Below are positions 38,785 to 49,900 of a stretch of DNA of 63,067 nt, piece after piece. Made by a program: the position numbers and the translations under genes. How positions within the stretch are numbered: position 1 is the first letter of the stretch; every line of letters starts with the position of its first letter. The stretch covers positions 1-63,067 of the forward strand of contig JAHEKH010000004.1 in NCBI GenBank assembly GCA_024638445.1, in the 5' to 3' direction. This DNA comes from Gammaproteobacteria bacterium (GTDB lineage: Bacteria > Pseudomonadota > Gammaproteobacteria > Steroidobacterales > JABDKV01). Under the pieces are notes generated by a model. That model ran no database searches, was not told the DNA's origin, and worked only from the letters and a program-made list of their open reading frames with translations.

Positions 38785-40566
38785 ATGCCGACCTATCACG
38801 CCCCCACCCGCGACATGCTCTTTTGCACCGTAGAACTCGCCGACCTGCAGGGCGTCGCCGGGCTTCCCGGAATGGAAGCCGCCGAAGCCGACGTCGTGCA
38901 CGCGGTGCTGGAGGAAGCCGGCCGCCTCGCTTCCGAGGTGCTGGCTCCGCTCAACCGGGAAGGGGATCGCAATGGCGCGCGAATCGAGGGCGATGATGTC
39001 TTCGAGACACCGGGGTTCGGCGAAGCCTACCGTCAGTTTGCGGAGGGCGGCTGGAACAGCCTGCCGTTCGACAGCGCACACGGCGGTGGCGGTCTGCCGG
39101 CCGTGGTGTCTTTCCCGGTGGCAGAGATCTGGCAAGGGGCCAACATGGCTTTCTCGCTATGCCCGATGCTGACCCAGGCAGCCGTCGATGCGCTCGTGGC
39201 GCATGGCAGCCCCGAGCTGCAGGAGCGCTACCTCTCCAGGCTGGTATCCGGAGAATGGACGGGTGCGATGGACCTCACCGAACCGCAGGCCGGTTCCGAT
39301 CTCGCCGCCGTGGCCTGCAAGGCGGTGCCGGAGGGCGACCACTACCGTCTGACCGGACAGAAAATTTACATCACCTGGGGCGACCACCAGATGACCGATA
39401 ACATCGTTCACATGGTGCTGGCCCGGCTGCCCGATGCGCCGGCGGGGGTAAAAGGCATATCGTTGTTTCTGGTTCCCAAATTCCTGGTCAATGACGACGG
39501 CAGCCCGGGCGAACGCAACGACATGCGCCCGGTGTCGATCGAGCACAAGCTCGGTATCCATGGCAGCCCCACCTGTGTCATGAGCTTTGGCGACAACGAG
39601 GGTGCGATCGGTTACCTGGTGGGCGAACAGCATAATGGCCTGGCCTGCATGTTCACGATGATGAACCTGGCGCGGCTGCATGTCGGCATCGAGGGTGTCG
39701 GGATTTCCGAACGCGCCTACCAGCGGGCCGCGCATTACGCCCGTGAGCGGGTGCAGGGAACGAGCCCGGGTGCCAACGGTCGCGTCGCCATCGTCGAACA
39801 CCCCGACGTGCGCCGCATGCTGATGACCATGCGGTCGCTGATCGAAGGAATGCGCGCGCTCTGCACGATTGCAGGCGAGGCGCTGGACTTTGCCAATCAT
39901 GCCGGGGACCCGGAACGGAAAAAGGCCAGCAAGGCGCGACTCGATCTGCTGGTGCCTGCAGTGAAAGGCTGGTGCACCGAGGAAGCCCAGCGGGTTACGT
40001 CGCTCGGCGTGCAGATCCACGGCGGGATGGGCTTCGTGGAAGAAACCGGCGCCGCACAACATTTCCGGGATGCCCGCATCGCCACGATTTACGAAGGCAC
40101 GACCGGCATCCAGGCACAGGACCTGGTCGGCCGCAAGATCCTGCGCGACGGTGGCCGGGAAATGACCGCATTGATTGCCGATATCCGGTCGACCGTCAAC
40201 GAGCTGGCGGACATCGGCGATTTTGCCGACCTCGAGCGCAACCTCCGCGTCGCCGTAGACGCCCTGGAGGAAGCCACGGCCTTTCTCCTCGACCAGCAGC
40301 AGAACGACATCAATACCGCGGGCGCCGTTTCATACAACCTGCTGATGCTGACCGGCCTGGTTACCGCAGGCTGGCAAATGGGGCGCGCCGCGCTGATCGC
40401 GCGTGAAAAACTCGATGGCGAAGGTGGCGACCGGCGGTTCTACGAAGACAAGATCGTGACGGCGCGATTTTTTGCCCAGCACCTGTTGCCACAGGCGCGC
40501 GCGTACAACGATGCTGTACTGGCCGGCAGCGAATCGGTCATGGCGCTGGCACCCGACCGCTTCTGA
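38785..40566 (+). CDS. acyl-CoA dehydrogenase (long DmdC/FadE-type)
   Basis: LTEPQAGSDL, GQKIYITWG, EHKLGIHGSPT, QIHGGMG, IYEGTTGIQ. Confidence 0.95.
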   Translation: MPTYHAPTRDMLFCTVELADLQGVAGLPGMEAAEADVVHAVLEEAGRLASEVLAPLNREGDRNGARIEGDDVFETPGFGEAYRQFAEGGWNSLPFDSAHGGGGLPAVVSFPVAEIWQGANMAFSLCPMLTQAAVDALVAHGSPELQERYLSRLVSGEWTGAMDLTEPQAGSDLAAVACKAVPEGDHYRLTGQKIYITWGDHQMTDNIVHMVLARLPDAPAGVKGISLFLVPKFLVNDDGSPGERNDMRPVSIEHKLGIHGSPTCVMSFGDNEGAIGYLVGEQHNGLACMFTMMNLARLHVGIEGVGISERAYQRAAHYARERVQGTSPGANGRVAIVEHPDVRRMLMTMRSLIEGMRALCTIAGEALDFANHAGDPERKKASKARLDLLVPAVKGWCTEEAQRVTSLGVQIHGGMGFVEETGAAQHFRDARIATIYEGTTGIQAQDLVGRKILRDGGREMTALIADIRSTVNELADIGDFADLERNLRVAVDALEEATAFLLDQQQNDINTAGAVSYNLLMLTGLVTAGWQMGRAALIAREKLDGEGGDRRFYEDKIVTARFFAQHLLPQARAYNDAVLAGSESVMALAPDRF

Positions 40567-40576
40567 TAGTAGAAGA

Positions 40577-40600
40577 CCCCGTTCCCTTGCAGGAACGGGG
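40577..40600. terminator. hairpin between convergent genes
   Basis: ccccgttcc-cttgca-ggaacgggg; U-tract weak. Confidence 0.55.
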
Positions 40601-40654
40601 CCCCTCCCCAACTCGCGGTATTCTTGTTGTTGTTATCGAAAGAGCGCGACAGGG

Positions 40655-41341
40655 TTAAACGGCGGACCGGCGGCGGACCAGTCCGAAACTCAGCAGGGCG
40701 GTAATAAACAGCGGCAAGGCGGCCGGCACGGGCACCACGCGGGCTTCGAAATCGATATTGTCGATGGCTCCGGATCCACCCATGTTGACGACGATGCGTT
40801 TGACGTCGACTACGTTGAACACCACCTGGCCCCACATGTTGTCGCCGCCGGTATCCGGCACGAAAAACGGAATCGGAATCAGGTTGTTTTCGTCGTCGTA
40901 CAACTCGATCGCATAACCCGGATCGGCTTCGACACCCTCGACATCGAAGAAATCGATGCTCCGCAACAGCACGCCCTCAACGAAGCTGATGATGAACTGC
41001 CCGGAGGGGCGCGACCCTTCATCGTCGGGATTGTCGCAGGACAAAGCATCGCAGGTATGGTTTTCCTGCAGGATGAGCAGGTTGCCCGGTGAGGCGGCGC
41101 CCAGTACGGGGTTGTCGAAAGGCGAAGCCAGGTCGGTGTCGCCACCGGTCGGGTTACGGGAATCGAACACTACCGCCACGTCCGGACCGGCACCGAAATT
41201 GATTGCCTGGATACTCACGCCCAGCGTCGAGTACTCATTATCGATGATAGTCCCGGCGTCGAAAGTCTCGAAATCGAGCACAGTTGCGTTGGCGGTTACT
41301 GCCGCAAGACCCAGCACAGCAGCAAGCAGAATTCTTTTCAT
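40655..41341 (-). CDS. PEP-CTERM/VPLPA-CTERM-type exosortase substrate
   Basis: signal peptide; C-terminal VPVPAALPLF, TM helix, RRR. Confidence 0.88.
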   Translation of the reverse strand: MKRILLAAVLGLAAVTANATVLDFETFDAGTIIDNEYSTLGVSIQAINFGAGPDVAVVFDSRNPTGGDTDLASPFDNPVLGAASPGNLLILQENHTCDALSCDNPDDEGSRPSGQFIISFVEGVLLRSIDFFDVEGVEADPGYAIELYDDENNLIPIPFFVPDTGGDNMWGQVVFNVVDVKRIVVNMGGSGAIDNIDFEARVVPVPAALPLFITALLSFGLVRRRSAV

Positions 41342-41398
41342 TTTTGAATAACCTTTATGTCAACAATGAAGTCATGGCAACAGCCGTCTGTCTAACCC

Positions 41399-41414
41399 AG
41401 CAAGAATCGCGCCA
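41399..41414 (-). promoter_or_regulatory. sigma54 (-24/-12) promoter of the PEP-CTERM-type gene
   Basis: minus strand reads TGGCGCGATTCTTGCT, i.e. GG-N10-GC close to the TGGCACG-N4-TTGCW consensus; about 60 bp upstream of the ATG. Confidence 0.75.
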
Positions 41415-41536
41415 TTACGGAATGAAAGAGGACGATCAAGGGTTTAGAAAATATCGTATGACTTGACAGTAAATTACCCCGACACCCGCGCTGGTCTATA
41501 CTCCTGCGACTTGTCATAAAAAAACGGAACACGACA

Positions 41537-42232
41537 GTGGCAAATATTGTGATTACCGGCGCAAACCGCGGCATCGGCCTGGAACTGGCGCGAAGCTATC
41601 TGCGCGAAGACAACCGGGTGTTTGCGGCATGCCGCCAGCCGGAGAAAGCGGGCGACCTGGCAAAGCTCGCCGAGAGTTCCGATGGACAGCTCAGCATTCA
41701 CCCGCTCGATGTAACCAGTTCAGAGCAGCGCGAAGCCATGACAGCGATGCTGGGCGACACCGCGGTAGACATCCTGGTAAACAACGCGGGCGTCTACCCG
41801 CACAAGGGGCTCGGGTTCGGCGAACTGGATGAAGATGACTGGTTACGCGGCCTGCACGTCAATACGGTAGCGCCGATGATGATGACGCAGGCCTTGCTCG
41901 ACAATATCCTGGCAGGTGACCGGCGGCTCGTGGCTTCCGTGACCTCCAAGATGGGCAGCATTGCCGACAACACGTCGGGCGGGTCGTATGCCTACCGCGC
42001 CTCCAAATCGGCACTGAACTCGGCGATGAGATCGCTCGCCATCGACCTCGAAAAACGCGGCGTCACGGTAATACTGCTGCATCCCGGCTGGGTGCGCACC
42101 GACATGGGCGGCGAAGGCGGCCTGATATCGACCGAAGAATCCGTGTCGTGCTTACGCGGCGTGCTCGATCGCGCCGGCCCCGGCGAAACCGGATCCTTTT
42201 TCGACCGCGATGGGTCGATTATTCCCTGGTAA
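41537..42232 (+). CDS. short-chain dehydrogenase (C-factor/CsgA-like)
   Basis: TGANRGIG, NNAG, SKMGS, YRASK, HPGWVRTDMGG. Confidence 0.93.
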   Translation: MANIVITGANRGIGLELARSYLREDNRVFAACRQPEKAGDLAKLAESSDGQLSIHPLDVTSSEQREAMTAMLGDTAVDILVNNAGVYPHKGLGFGELDEDDWLRGLHVNTVAPMMMTQALLDNILAGDRRLVASVTSKMGSIADNTSGGSYAYRASKSALNSAMRSLAIDLEKRGVTVILLHPGWVRTDMGGEGGLISTEESVSCLRGVLDRAGPGETGSFFDRDGSIIPW

Positions 42233-42235
42233 CGG

Positions 42236-42937
42236 CTAGGGCAGATCGAACAGCAGGAACTCGGCGCCGTCGGCGGACTTGAGCCGCAGCGTGCAATCCT
42301 CACTGCCGCAGACTGCTGCGGCGTCGCCCGGCGCCAGCACGATGTCGTTAACCGAAAGGGCGCCACGCGCGTTCTGGATCCAGACATTTCGCCTTGGCTG
42401 GCGGTTGAAAACCACGGGTTCGGGGCGGAGAAGCACCGCTGCGTAGGCGTCGGCGTCCTGCGAAACAACCAGCGACCCGTTGCGGCCATCGCGCGAGGCA
42501 ATCAGGCATAGCTGGTCACGCTTGGCGTCATCGGGAAAATAGCGCTGCTCGTAATGACCCATGCCACTGTCCGCCGGACGTATCCATGCCTGGACGACGT
42601 GCAGCGGCTCGGCGTGCGAGGCGTTACTCTCGCTATGGGTGATACCGGCACCTGCGCCCACGACCTGCACCTCACCACCCATCAACAGCCGCCGCTGACC
42701 GTTATCGTCGCGATAGTCCAGGATTCCGTTGACGATATAGGTGATGATTTCGACAGAACGGTGAGAATGCCGGTCGAATACGATGCCCGGGTCGATGGAA
42801 CGCTCGTCAATGCCCTGCATGCATGAGAAACCGTCCTGCTGGGTCGACTCCTTTTCCTGGATGCAAAAGCCGCTCGACATTCCGTGAGCCAGCCTCAAAG
42901 ACCGCTCCCGCTCGCTGCGAATATGGACGGTTATCAT
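42236..42937 (-). CDS. pirin family protein
   Basis: HSH..VEIITY, GAGITHSE, FLLFDLP. Confidence 0.85.
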   Translation of the reverse strand: MITVHIRSERERSLRLAHGMSSGFCIQEKESTQQDGFSCMQGIDERSIDPGIVFDRHSHRSVEIITYIVNGILDYRDDNGQRRLLMGGEVQVVGAGAGITHSESNASHAEPLHVVQAWIRPADSGMGHYEQRYFPDDAKRDQLCLIASRDGRNGSLVVSQDADAYAAVLLRPEPVVFNRQPRRNVWIQNARGALSVNDIVLAPGDAAAVCGSEDCTLRLKSADGAEFLLFDLP

Positions 42938-42953
42938 TTCCAGATTCTAGACC

Positions 42954-44468
42954 ATGCCGCTCCATACGGCCTCCCGGAAACGGCCCGCGGTGGCAGGAAA
43001 CAGGGGGATTGCTCATACTGACGAGACGGCCGACAGGAACCCACGCTTGAATTCAGACGACTCATTCCAGCGCGGCGAAGCGCTGCTGCGTAAAGGCAGG
43101 ACAACCGAAGCTGCCGCCTGTTACCGGCAGGCACTGGCTGATAATGCTGCCGATCATCGCGCGTTACACCGTCTCGGGGCCCTGGCGCTGCAGGGAGGAG
43201 ACCTGCGGGCAGGCGAATCGTTGCTGCGTTCGGCTGTCGACCTGGCGCCAGCGGCACCGGAATACCGGCTCAGCCTCGGCACCCTGCTGCAGCGTAGCGG
43301 CCGGCCACGAAAAGCGCTGGCAGAATTTCGCGCGGCGACCGAGGCCGATCCCGAGTTTTTTCCAGCGCATTTCCGCCTGGCGGTATTCTTTCACCGGGTG
43401 GGTGAAACGGACGAAGCGCTCCGGCATTACCAAACGGCGCATACGCTCAACCCAAAAGACATTTCCCTGCTGATCAATTACGGAGCTCTGCTCAACCTCG
43501 TCGGGCGCAGCGCCGATGCCGTCCCGCTGTACGAGGAAGCCATCGAACTGGACGCTTCGGTACCGGCCGCGCACGGCAACCTGGGTAACGCGCTGGCGTC
43601 GCTGAACCGGCACGAGGAGGCCATCGCGGCTTTCCAGCGCAGCATTACGCTGCAGCCCGATCAGCCGCAGATGTATGCCAACCTGGGAAGCTGCCTGCTT
43701 CTGGACCGCCGGAATACCGAGGCGCGTCACGCTTTCGAGAACTGCCTGCGCCGTGCACCGGGGGATATCACCGCGCTGGCCATGCTCGCGGCCCTGCACA
43801 GCGCAGCGGGCGATGCAGTCGGCGCTGCGCTGCTCGATTACGACCGCCTGCTCGATATCGGCCCGGTACCGCCTCCGGCAGACACATCACTCGACGAATA
43901 CCTGGCGGCGTTAAAACGCTTCGTTCTCGAGCACCCCACGCTGCAGGCCGATCCCGACAGCCATACCACCCGCGACGGCCAGCAGACCGGCGCCCTGCTG
44001 CCCACCCGGAACCCGGCGATGAATCATTTCGTTGCGGTGCTGCGCCAGCGCGTCGGCGATTACATCGCGCGACGCGCCGCGATCGACTGGAAGCCCATAC
44101 CCGGGTTTGGCCCCCTGTGGCCGCCGCCACGGGGATGGCGGCTGGATATGTGGGCCACGGTGCTGCGCAGCGGCGGGCACCAGCTGTCGCACCTGCACCC
44201 GTCGGGCTGGCTCAGCGGCGTTTTCTATGTGGAGTGCCCGATGGATCCGGACGATACGTCGCAGGAAGGCTGGATAGAATTCGGCCAGCCACCACCGGGT
44301 ATCACGCTCGAACGACAGCCCGCCGTGCACCGGCACCAGCCGGTCAACGGCGAACTGGTCCTATTCCCCTCGTATTTCTCCCACCGCACCTTGCCGCTCG
44401 GGCGCGACCGCCCGCGGATCAGTATTGCCTTCGATGTCATTCCGCGACGTGAGCGAAACGCGGGCTGA
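42954..44468 (+). CDS. TPR-repeat protein with C-terminal putative 2OG-Fe(II) oxygenase (TIGR02466-like)
   Basis: multiple TPRs; W..V..GGHQ..HLHP.GWLSGVFY, LFPSY..HRT, RISIAFD; start uncertain. Confidence 0.87.
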   Translation: MPLHTASRKRPAVAGNRGIAHTDETADRNPRLNSDDSFQRGEALLRKGRTTEAAACYRQALADNAADHRALHRLGALALQGGDLRAGESLLRSAVDLAPAAPEYRLSLGTLLQRSGRPRKALAEFRAATEADPEFFPAHFRLAVFFHRVGETDEALRHYQTAHTLNPKDISLLINYGALLNLVGRSADAVPLYEEAIELDASVPAAHGNLGNALASLNRHEEAIAAFQRSITLQPDQPQMYANLGSCLLLDRRNTEARHAFENCLRRAPGDITALAMLAALHSAAGDAVGAALLDYDRLLDIGPVPPPADTSLDEYLAALKRFVLEHPTLQADPDSHTTRDGQQTGALLPTRNPAMNHFVAVLRQRVGDYIARRAAIDWKPIPGFGPLWPPPRGWRLDMWATVLRSGGHQLSHLHPSGWLSGVFYVECPMDPDDTSQEGWIEFGQPPPGITLERQPAVHRHQPVNGELVLFPSYFSHRTLPLGRDRPRISIAFDVIPRRERNAG

Positions 44469-44528
44469 CCACTGACACAGCTGTCATCGCACAGAAGACA
44501 GCCTGGTAGTGGTCGCAGAGGACGAGCT

Positions 44529-44927
44529 CTAGCTACATCCCGCCTGGGCGCCACCCGCTAACGGCTGGACTGCTGCGCAGCCGTTACCGTTTCCCAGCCA
44601 GCGCGCTGCCGTGGGGATATCGTTATAGATACTGACATTCAGTCCGCGATTGCGCGCACAGGTGGCGAAGAATGCGCTGCCGCTGTTGGGATCGAGAGTG
44701 ACCAGGGCCAGCTTGTGCCTCTGCAGGCGTTCGAGTTGGTCGATTTCCAGCGTTACGAGATAAGCGTCGATTTCCGACATGACGTGTTCGTCGCCATCGC
44801 GCAGGTCGACCAGCGCCGGACGGTCCAGCCGGTCGAGTTCCAGGAGCAGGCGGCTCCAGAAAACCATGTCGCAGGCTTCCTTGCCGACCGACACCAGTGA
44901 AAAACCAGGTTCGTGATGTATTCGCAC
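44529..44927 (-). CDS. STAS/SpoIIAA-like small protein
   Basis: LVDLR...KLALV...FFATCARNRGLNVSIYNDI..A..WL pattern. Confidence 0.6.
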   Translation of the reverse strand: MRIHHEPGFSLVSVGKEACDMVFWSRLLLELDRLDRPALVDLRDGDEHVMSEIDAYLVTLEIDQLERLQRHKLALVTLDPNSGSAFFATCARNRGLNVSIYNDIPTAARWLGNGNGCAAVQPLAGGAQAGCS

Positions 44928-45063
44928 TGAAATAATCCCTTGTTGTCGCGCAGGGAGAGGGATGGCCCGGCATCCCTGCCGGAACCCGGAACCCCGCGCC
45001 CAAAATCCTTCTTGGCCGGGCTACATGACGCCACATGAGCCGCGCCAATCCAATTCGTGTGGC

Positions 45064-45087
45064 TGCCTAGGCAGATTTACCTAGGGC
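45064..45087. promoter_or_regulatory. palindromic operator candidate (CCTAGG-N8-CCTAGG)
   Basis: tgcctaggcagatttacctagggc lies between the FixJ-like gene and the STAS-like gene. Confidence 0.4.
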
Positions 45088-45112
45088 AACACAGCACGAT
45101 AAATCAACTATT

Positions 45113-45739
45113 TCAGGAGCCTAGCCCAATGGACCTGGCGAGCCGGGCGAGGTCCGCAACGGAGCGCGCGGCGGTCTTTTCCATAATCCTGGCCCTGTGG
45201 TGGTCCACGGTGCGATGGCTGATACCCAGTTCGCGGGCAATCTCCTTGCTGGACATGGCTCCGGCGCCGGAAATCACCAGGCGCATGACCTCGAGTTCGC
45301 GCCCGGTCAACCGCTCGAATCGCAGCCTCACCGCTTCCTGCCGGCCGCGTTCATCGCGGACCTGGCTGTCGATCGCAAATGCCTCCCTGACGCGCTCGAG
45401 CAATATCTCGAGCTTGAAGGGTTTCTCGAGAAAATCGACGGCCCCGGCCTTGATCGCCTGGACAGACTGTGGAATGTCGCCCTGCCCGGTAATGAAAATG
45501 ATCGGAATTTCGATTCCTGCCTCGCCAAGTGCCTGCTGGAGTTCGAGTCCGGTCATCCCGGGCATACTCAGGTCAAGCAGCAAACAACCCGGCCGCTCAA
45601 TGTCATAAGCTTCGAGAAATTGTCCGGCAGATTCAAAAGTGGTCACCGAATAACCACGCTTGCCGAGGGCGCTGGACAGGGAACGCCGGACCGCGGGATC
45701 GTCATCGACCAGGAAAATCGTCTGCTCGTGTTCGGTCAC
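45113..45739 (-). CDS. FixJ/LuxR-family response regulator
   Basis: VDDD, LLDLSMPG, FITG, DFLEKP; LT.RE...SKEIARELGISHRTV HTH. Confidence 0.93.
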   Translation of the reverse strand: MTEHEQTIFLVDDDPAVRRSLSSALGKRGYSVTTFESAGQFLEAYDIERPGCLLLDLSMPGMTGLELQQALGEAGIEIPIIFITGQGDIPQSVQAIKAGAVDFLEKPFKLEILLERVREAFAIDSQVRDERGRQEAVRLRFERLTGRELEVMRLVISGAGAMSSKEIARELGISHRTVDHHRARIMEKTAARSVADLARLARSIGLGS

Positions 45740-46866
45740 GATGGGTCTCCCGCCGCTGCCGGCAGCGACACCCGGAACCCGCCGGCAGCGCGGGTGCTCA
45801 GGTTGCCGTTATGAGCAGCGATAATCCGCCGGCACACTGCGTAATCGAGACCCGCCCAGCCTGCCGCGCCACCCGCCAGCGGCTGAAAGGTTGGATCGGT
45901 CTGTTCGAAGCGGATGGCCGGGGCGATAACATCGATTGACACCTGGCCCTCATCGTAACGGGTCCGCAGCACAACAAGCCCGTAGCTCTTATCATCGGTT
46001 ACAGCATCCTTCGCGAGGTTAATCAACCCGACCAGCGCATGCAGCATCAGCGTGCGCGCCAGTGCCACGAGCGGCAGCTCGTCACTCAGGTTCATTTCTA
46101 TCCCCGCGCCGACCGACGGAGTATCGGGGGCGGCGTTTTGTGCTGCCTCGATCACCAGGCGATTAACATCGGTGGCCTCCCGTTCAGCGATGCTGTCCCT
46201 GTAGTCCTGGCGAAAACGGCTGATGATGCTGCTTGCCCGGAATGCCTGTTGACTGGCCTCCTCCAGGTCAGCGAGCAAATCCTGGTGATCACCCGGAATG
46301 ATGCCGGCGGTCGATGCGGCTGCATCGCAGTGAAGCGTCACTGCTGTTAGCGGTTGGTTCATTTCGTGCGCGAGGCGATTACCGATCTCCGCCAGCGCCA
46401 GCTGGCGCCAGGCCGGAAACCCGTCACGGGTCGCTCCAGGCACAGCACCATTCGCAGGATTGACGATGACAAGGGTCCACGTGCCATCGTCGCGCTCGAT
46501 GTGCTGCAGCGAAACGCTGGTAACCAGCAGACGACCCGACGAGGTCTTCATGAGATGACTTCGACAGGCGTCAACCTGTTCGCTGACCACTGAGGGAAGC
46601 AACTCATCCAGGGTGCGTTCCAGGAATTCGCTTTCCGCATAGTCGAACGCGGCCAGCGCAGCTTCGTTGTTATAGACCACGTGACCGTCCGGTGCACACA
46701 CGAAAACGGCTGCGCGTGACGCGCCCAGCAATCCTTGCAGGATCCCCGGCCCGGATTGGCCCGTCACAGACCATTCTCCGTGTGGCAATGGGACGAACAG
46801 GAGCTGCCTGGCCCGGTTAATGGGTTGAGGTACGAAGTCAAACTGCAAAGCACGTCGCGAATCCAT
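45736..46866 (-). CDS. PAS-HisKA protein with degenerate HATPase domain
   Basis: PAS-like N-terminus; H-box AHEMNQPL intact; N-box NLAKDA; no DxGxG; G2 box decayed; start uncertain. Confidence 0.75.
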   Translation of the reverse strand: MDSRRALQFDFVPQPINRARQLLFVPLPHGEWSVTGQSGPGILQGLLGASRAAVFVCAPDGHVVYNNEAALAAFDYAESEFLERTLDELLPSVVSEQVDACRSHLMKTSSGRLLVTSVSLQHIERDDGTWTLVIVNPANGAVPGATRDGFPAWRQLALAEIGNRLAHEMNQPLTAVTLHCDAAASTAGIIPGDHQDLLADLEEASQQAFRASSIISRFRQDYRDSIAEREATDVNRLVIEAAQNAAPDTPSVGAGIEMNLSDELPLVALARTLMLHALVGLINLAKDAVTDDKSYGLVVLRTRYDEGQVSIDVIAPAIRFEQTDPTFQPLAGGAAGWAGLDYAVCRRIIAAHNGNLSTRAAGGFRVSLPAAAGDPS

Positions 46867-46925
46867 CGCTGCTGTCGCGGTTCTTATTATGCATGCTGCG
46901 TGGCAAACCCGTCATACCCGGCGGC

Positions 46926-49900
46926 TCAGGCCGACTGACGCCGTTTTTTCCGGGGATCGAGCTGACGCCGCACGACGCTCAGAAGGTCAGAGGGTTTGAA
47001 CGGCTTGGCAAGAAATACCGCGTCGGCCGGGAGATCCTTTCCAACTGACCCGTCGCGATGCCCCGAAATAAATAACAGGCAGGCAGTGGGGCATCGCTGG
47101 AGCACTCGGCGAGCAAGCTGCATGCCGCTCATTCCAGGCAGAACCATGTCAGTCACCAGCAGGTCGACGGGACGGCCATGGGCCGTCAACGCGAGCGCTT
47201 CGCCGGGAGTTGCGGTTGCAGACACCTCGTAACCATGGCTACGCAACGTACTGACGATGGCTGCACGGCTGGCGTCGTCGTCTTCACACAGCAGAACGTG
47301 TTCCGTCCCGTTGAGGTTGGTTGTCGGGGTCGGGACCGGCTCGATATTTACCGGCCGGGCGGCCGGGACACTGAGCTGGACCGGGAGCATCACGGTAAAT
47401 GTAGTGCCGCTCTGCGGCCGGCTTTCTACCTCGATGTGACCACCGGACTGCACGACAATGCCATGGACGGATGCCAGCCCCAGCCCGGTGCCCTTACCTT
47501 TGGTCTTGGTCGTAAAGAACGGATCGAATACCCGCGCAAGCACTTCGGGGTCCATACCCACGCCATTGTCGCGCACCGTAATTTCGACGTACTCGCCGGG
47601 GCCCGGCTGCAACATTTCGTCCGTCACGTTCCTGCACGAGACGCCGAGGACTATTTCGCCGCCGTCGGGCAGGGCGTCGCGGGCGTTCAGCACCAGGTTC
47701 ATAACGACCTGCTCGAGCTGACTCGGGTCCACGCGAACTTGCGGCAGCTGCAGCGGCGGTGTCCAGGTCAGCTCGATACTTTCGGGTAAGAGCTGTTTCA
47801 GCATTGGTAGCAGGTCACCAATAATGCTGCGCATATCGACAAGTCGAGGCATCAGCACCTGGCGGCGGCTGAACGCCAGTAACTGCCGGGTCAATGCCGC
47901 TGCCCGCTCGCTGCACTCGATAATACCCTCGAGGTGCGCGTCCGAATCCGCGTCACCCTCACGCAGCTTGTTCTGCGCCTGCTCGGCATGACCCAGCACT
48001 GCGGTCAGGACATTGTTGAAGTCATGCGCTATCCCACCGGCGAGACGGCCAACCGCTTCGAGGCGCGATGACTCCATCAGGCTGCGCTCCATCAGGGCAC
48101 GCTCGCGTTCTGCCTTTTTGCGGTTTTCGATCTCCGCGCGCAGGGCGCGTGCGTTGCGCTCCAAGGACGCCAGGCGCAGCCGATGAAGGGCAAAAAACAG
48201 CAACAGAAGCAACAACGCAGCGACGATGCGGAACCAGGTCGTCTGGTAAAACTTCGCTGCAACCTCAAACCGGATCGGCTGGTCCAGCTGACGCGATATC
48301 CCGTCACCGTTCACCGCAGCAAGCTGGAAATCGTAGGTACCTGGCGGAACCTTGGTGAAAAATGCCGTTCGCCGGTTACCGGCATCGACCCACTCATCCT
48401 GGTAGCCGGCCAGCCGGTAGCGGAACTGGACTCGCTCGGGTTCACGCAGGGAGATACCGGTGTACTCGACCGTAATGTCCTGGATACCGGAGGGCACGTG
48501 CAGCGGCGAAACCACCTGCAGCGGATGATTGTCGAGTATCACCTGCTCAACATGTACGGTCGGTGGTAACGACTCGGGGCCCAGTTCGCGCGGATCGGCA
48601 ACAACGAGCCCCCGCACCGTGGGAAACCACATTTTCCCCCGGTCATCGACTGCGGCACCGGGCCCGTTTGTTTCCGGGCTACCGAGAAACCGTGGCACCA
48701 TTTCGTCGCGCCCGGCCACCGCGTTATTGGCGATACGGACCGGAATGACCATCACGCCGCGATTCGAATTTATCCAGAGACGGCCGGCATCGTCTTCCAG
48801 AATACCGCCGAGGGAAAGCTCGCTCAGTCCCTCGCTGCGACCGATACGCGCCAGTACCCCGTCGCGGATACGAACCAGGCCCTTGCCATAAGTCGAGAGC
48901 CACAGGGTTCCGGATGCGTCCTGGTACAGGGACCGTAGCTCGCTGTCGAGCCATGGGTTGTCTTCACCGATCAGCTCGAATCCGGTTTCGCCAGCCGTGC
49001 TGAATACCCGACCGACCAGGCCCGTACCGGTAAACCAGATTGACCCATCGATAGCCTGCAGCCTGGGATGAAGCCTGCCTTCGACTCCCGACAACGGTCG
49101 GGGCTCGAAACGGTTACCGTCGAATACCTGCAGCCCGGCATCGCCACCGAACCACAGCCGGCCATCCGCAGCCTCCACCACGCCGCCGGACGCGCCGACC
49201 TCAAAGACGTCTGCGTTGAAACCGTCATCCACCGAGCCTTGCAGCCGATAGGTGCTACCGGCATCAGCGAACCAGGCCGCTCCACCGGCGACGCCCAGCA
49301 GCGTCGCGCTGGCCGGAACCGACAACTGCGATGGCGCATCGAGGCGGGCAAAGGAACCATCCTTTGCATATACGAACCAGCCGTCCTGGCCCTGGAGCCA
49401 GACCCCTCCCTGTTTATCCGCCGCCAGGTGCAGCACGCTGCCGTACTGGAGTCCGCGCGGGTCTTCGAACTGGGAGAACGGCACCCGTGAAATACGGATC
49501 AGGCCAAAAGTATTGGTGCCAACCCACAGCTCACCTGCGCGATCCAGCCGTAGCGCGGTAACTCCGCTGCCCAGGGATTCATCGTCATGCGGCAGGTGTA
49601 TCCGCTCCGGCGCCGCGGTTGGGTTTGCAGTATCGAACCCATACAGGCCCGAAACTGCACCGACAAAGAGGGTTCCATTCGCATCCATGACCGCCGAGTA
49701 AACCGTCTCTCTCAATGCATGCACCGGGTTCACGCGCCTGCCGTCGAAATACCCCAGCCCATGATGCGCTGCCAGCCACAAGCGCCCCGTGTCGTCGAGG
49801 GCCAGTCCACGCGCATCCCGCGCAGCCGGGCCACCGTCGACCAGTTCGAACCCCTCGCCGCTGTTGCGCAGCAGACCACGCTCGGTCGCGGCCCACAGGA

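Noticed and set aside
41463-41501. sigma70 promoter TTGACA...TATACT for the SDR gene
   Set aside because: The spacer is about 27 bp, far from the required 16-18 bp.
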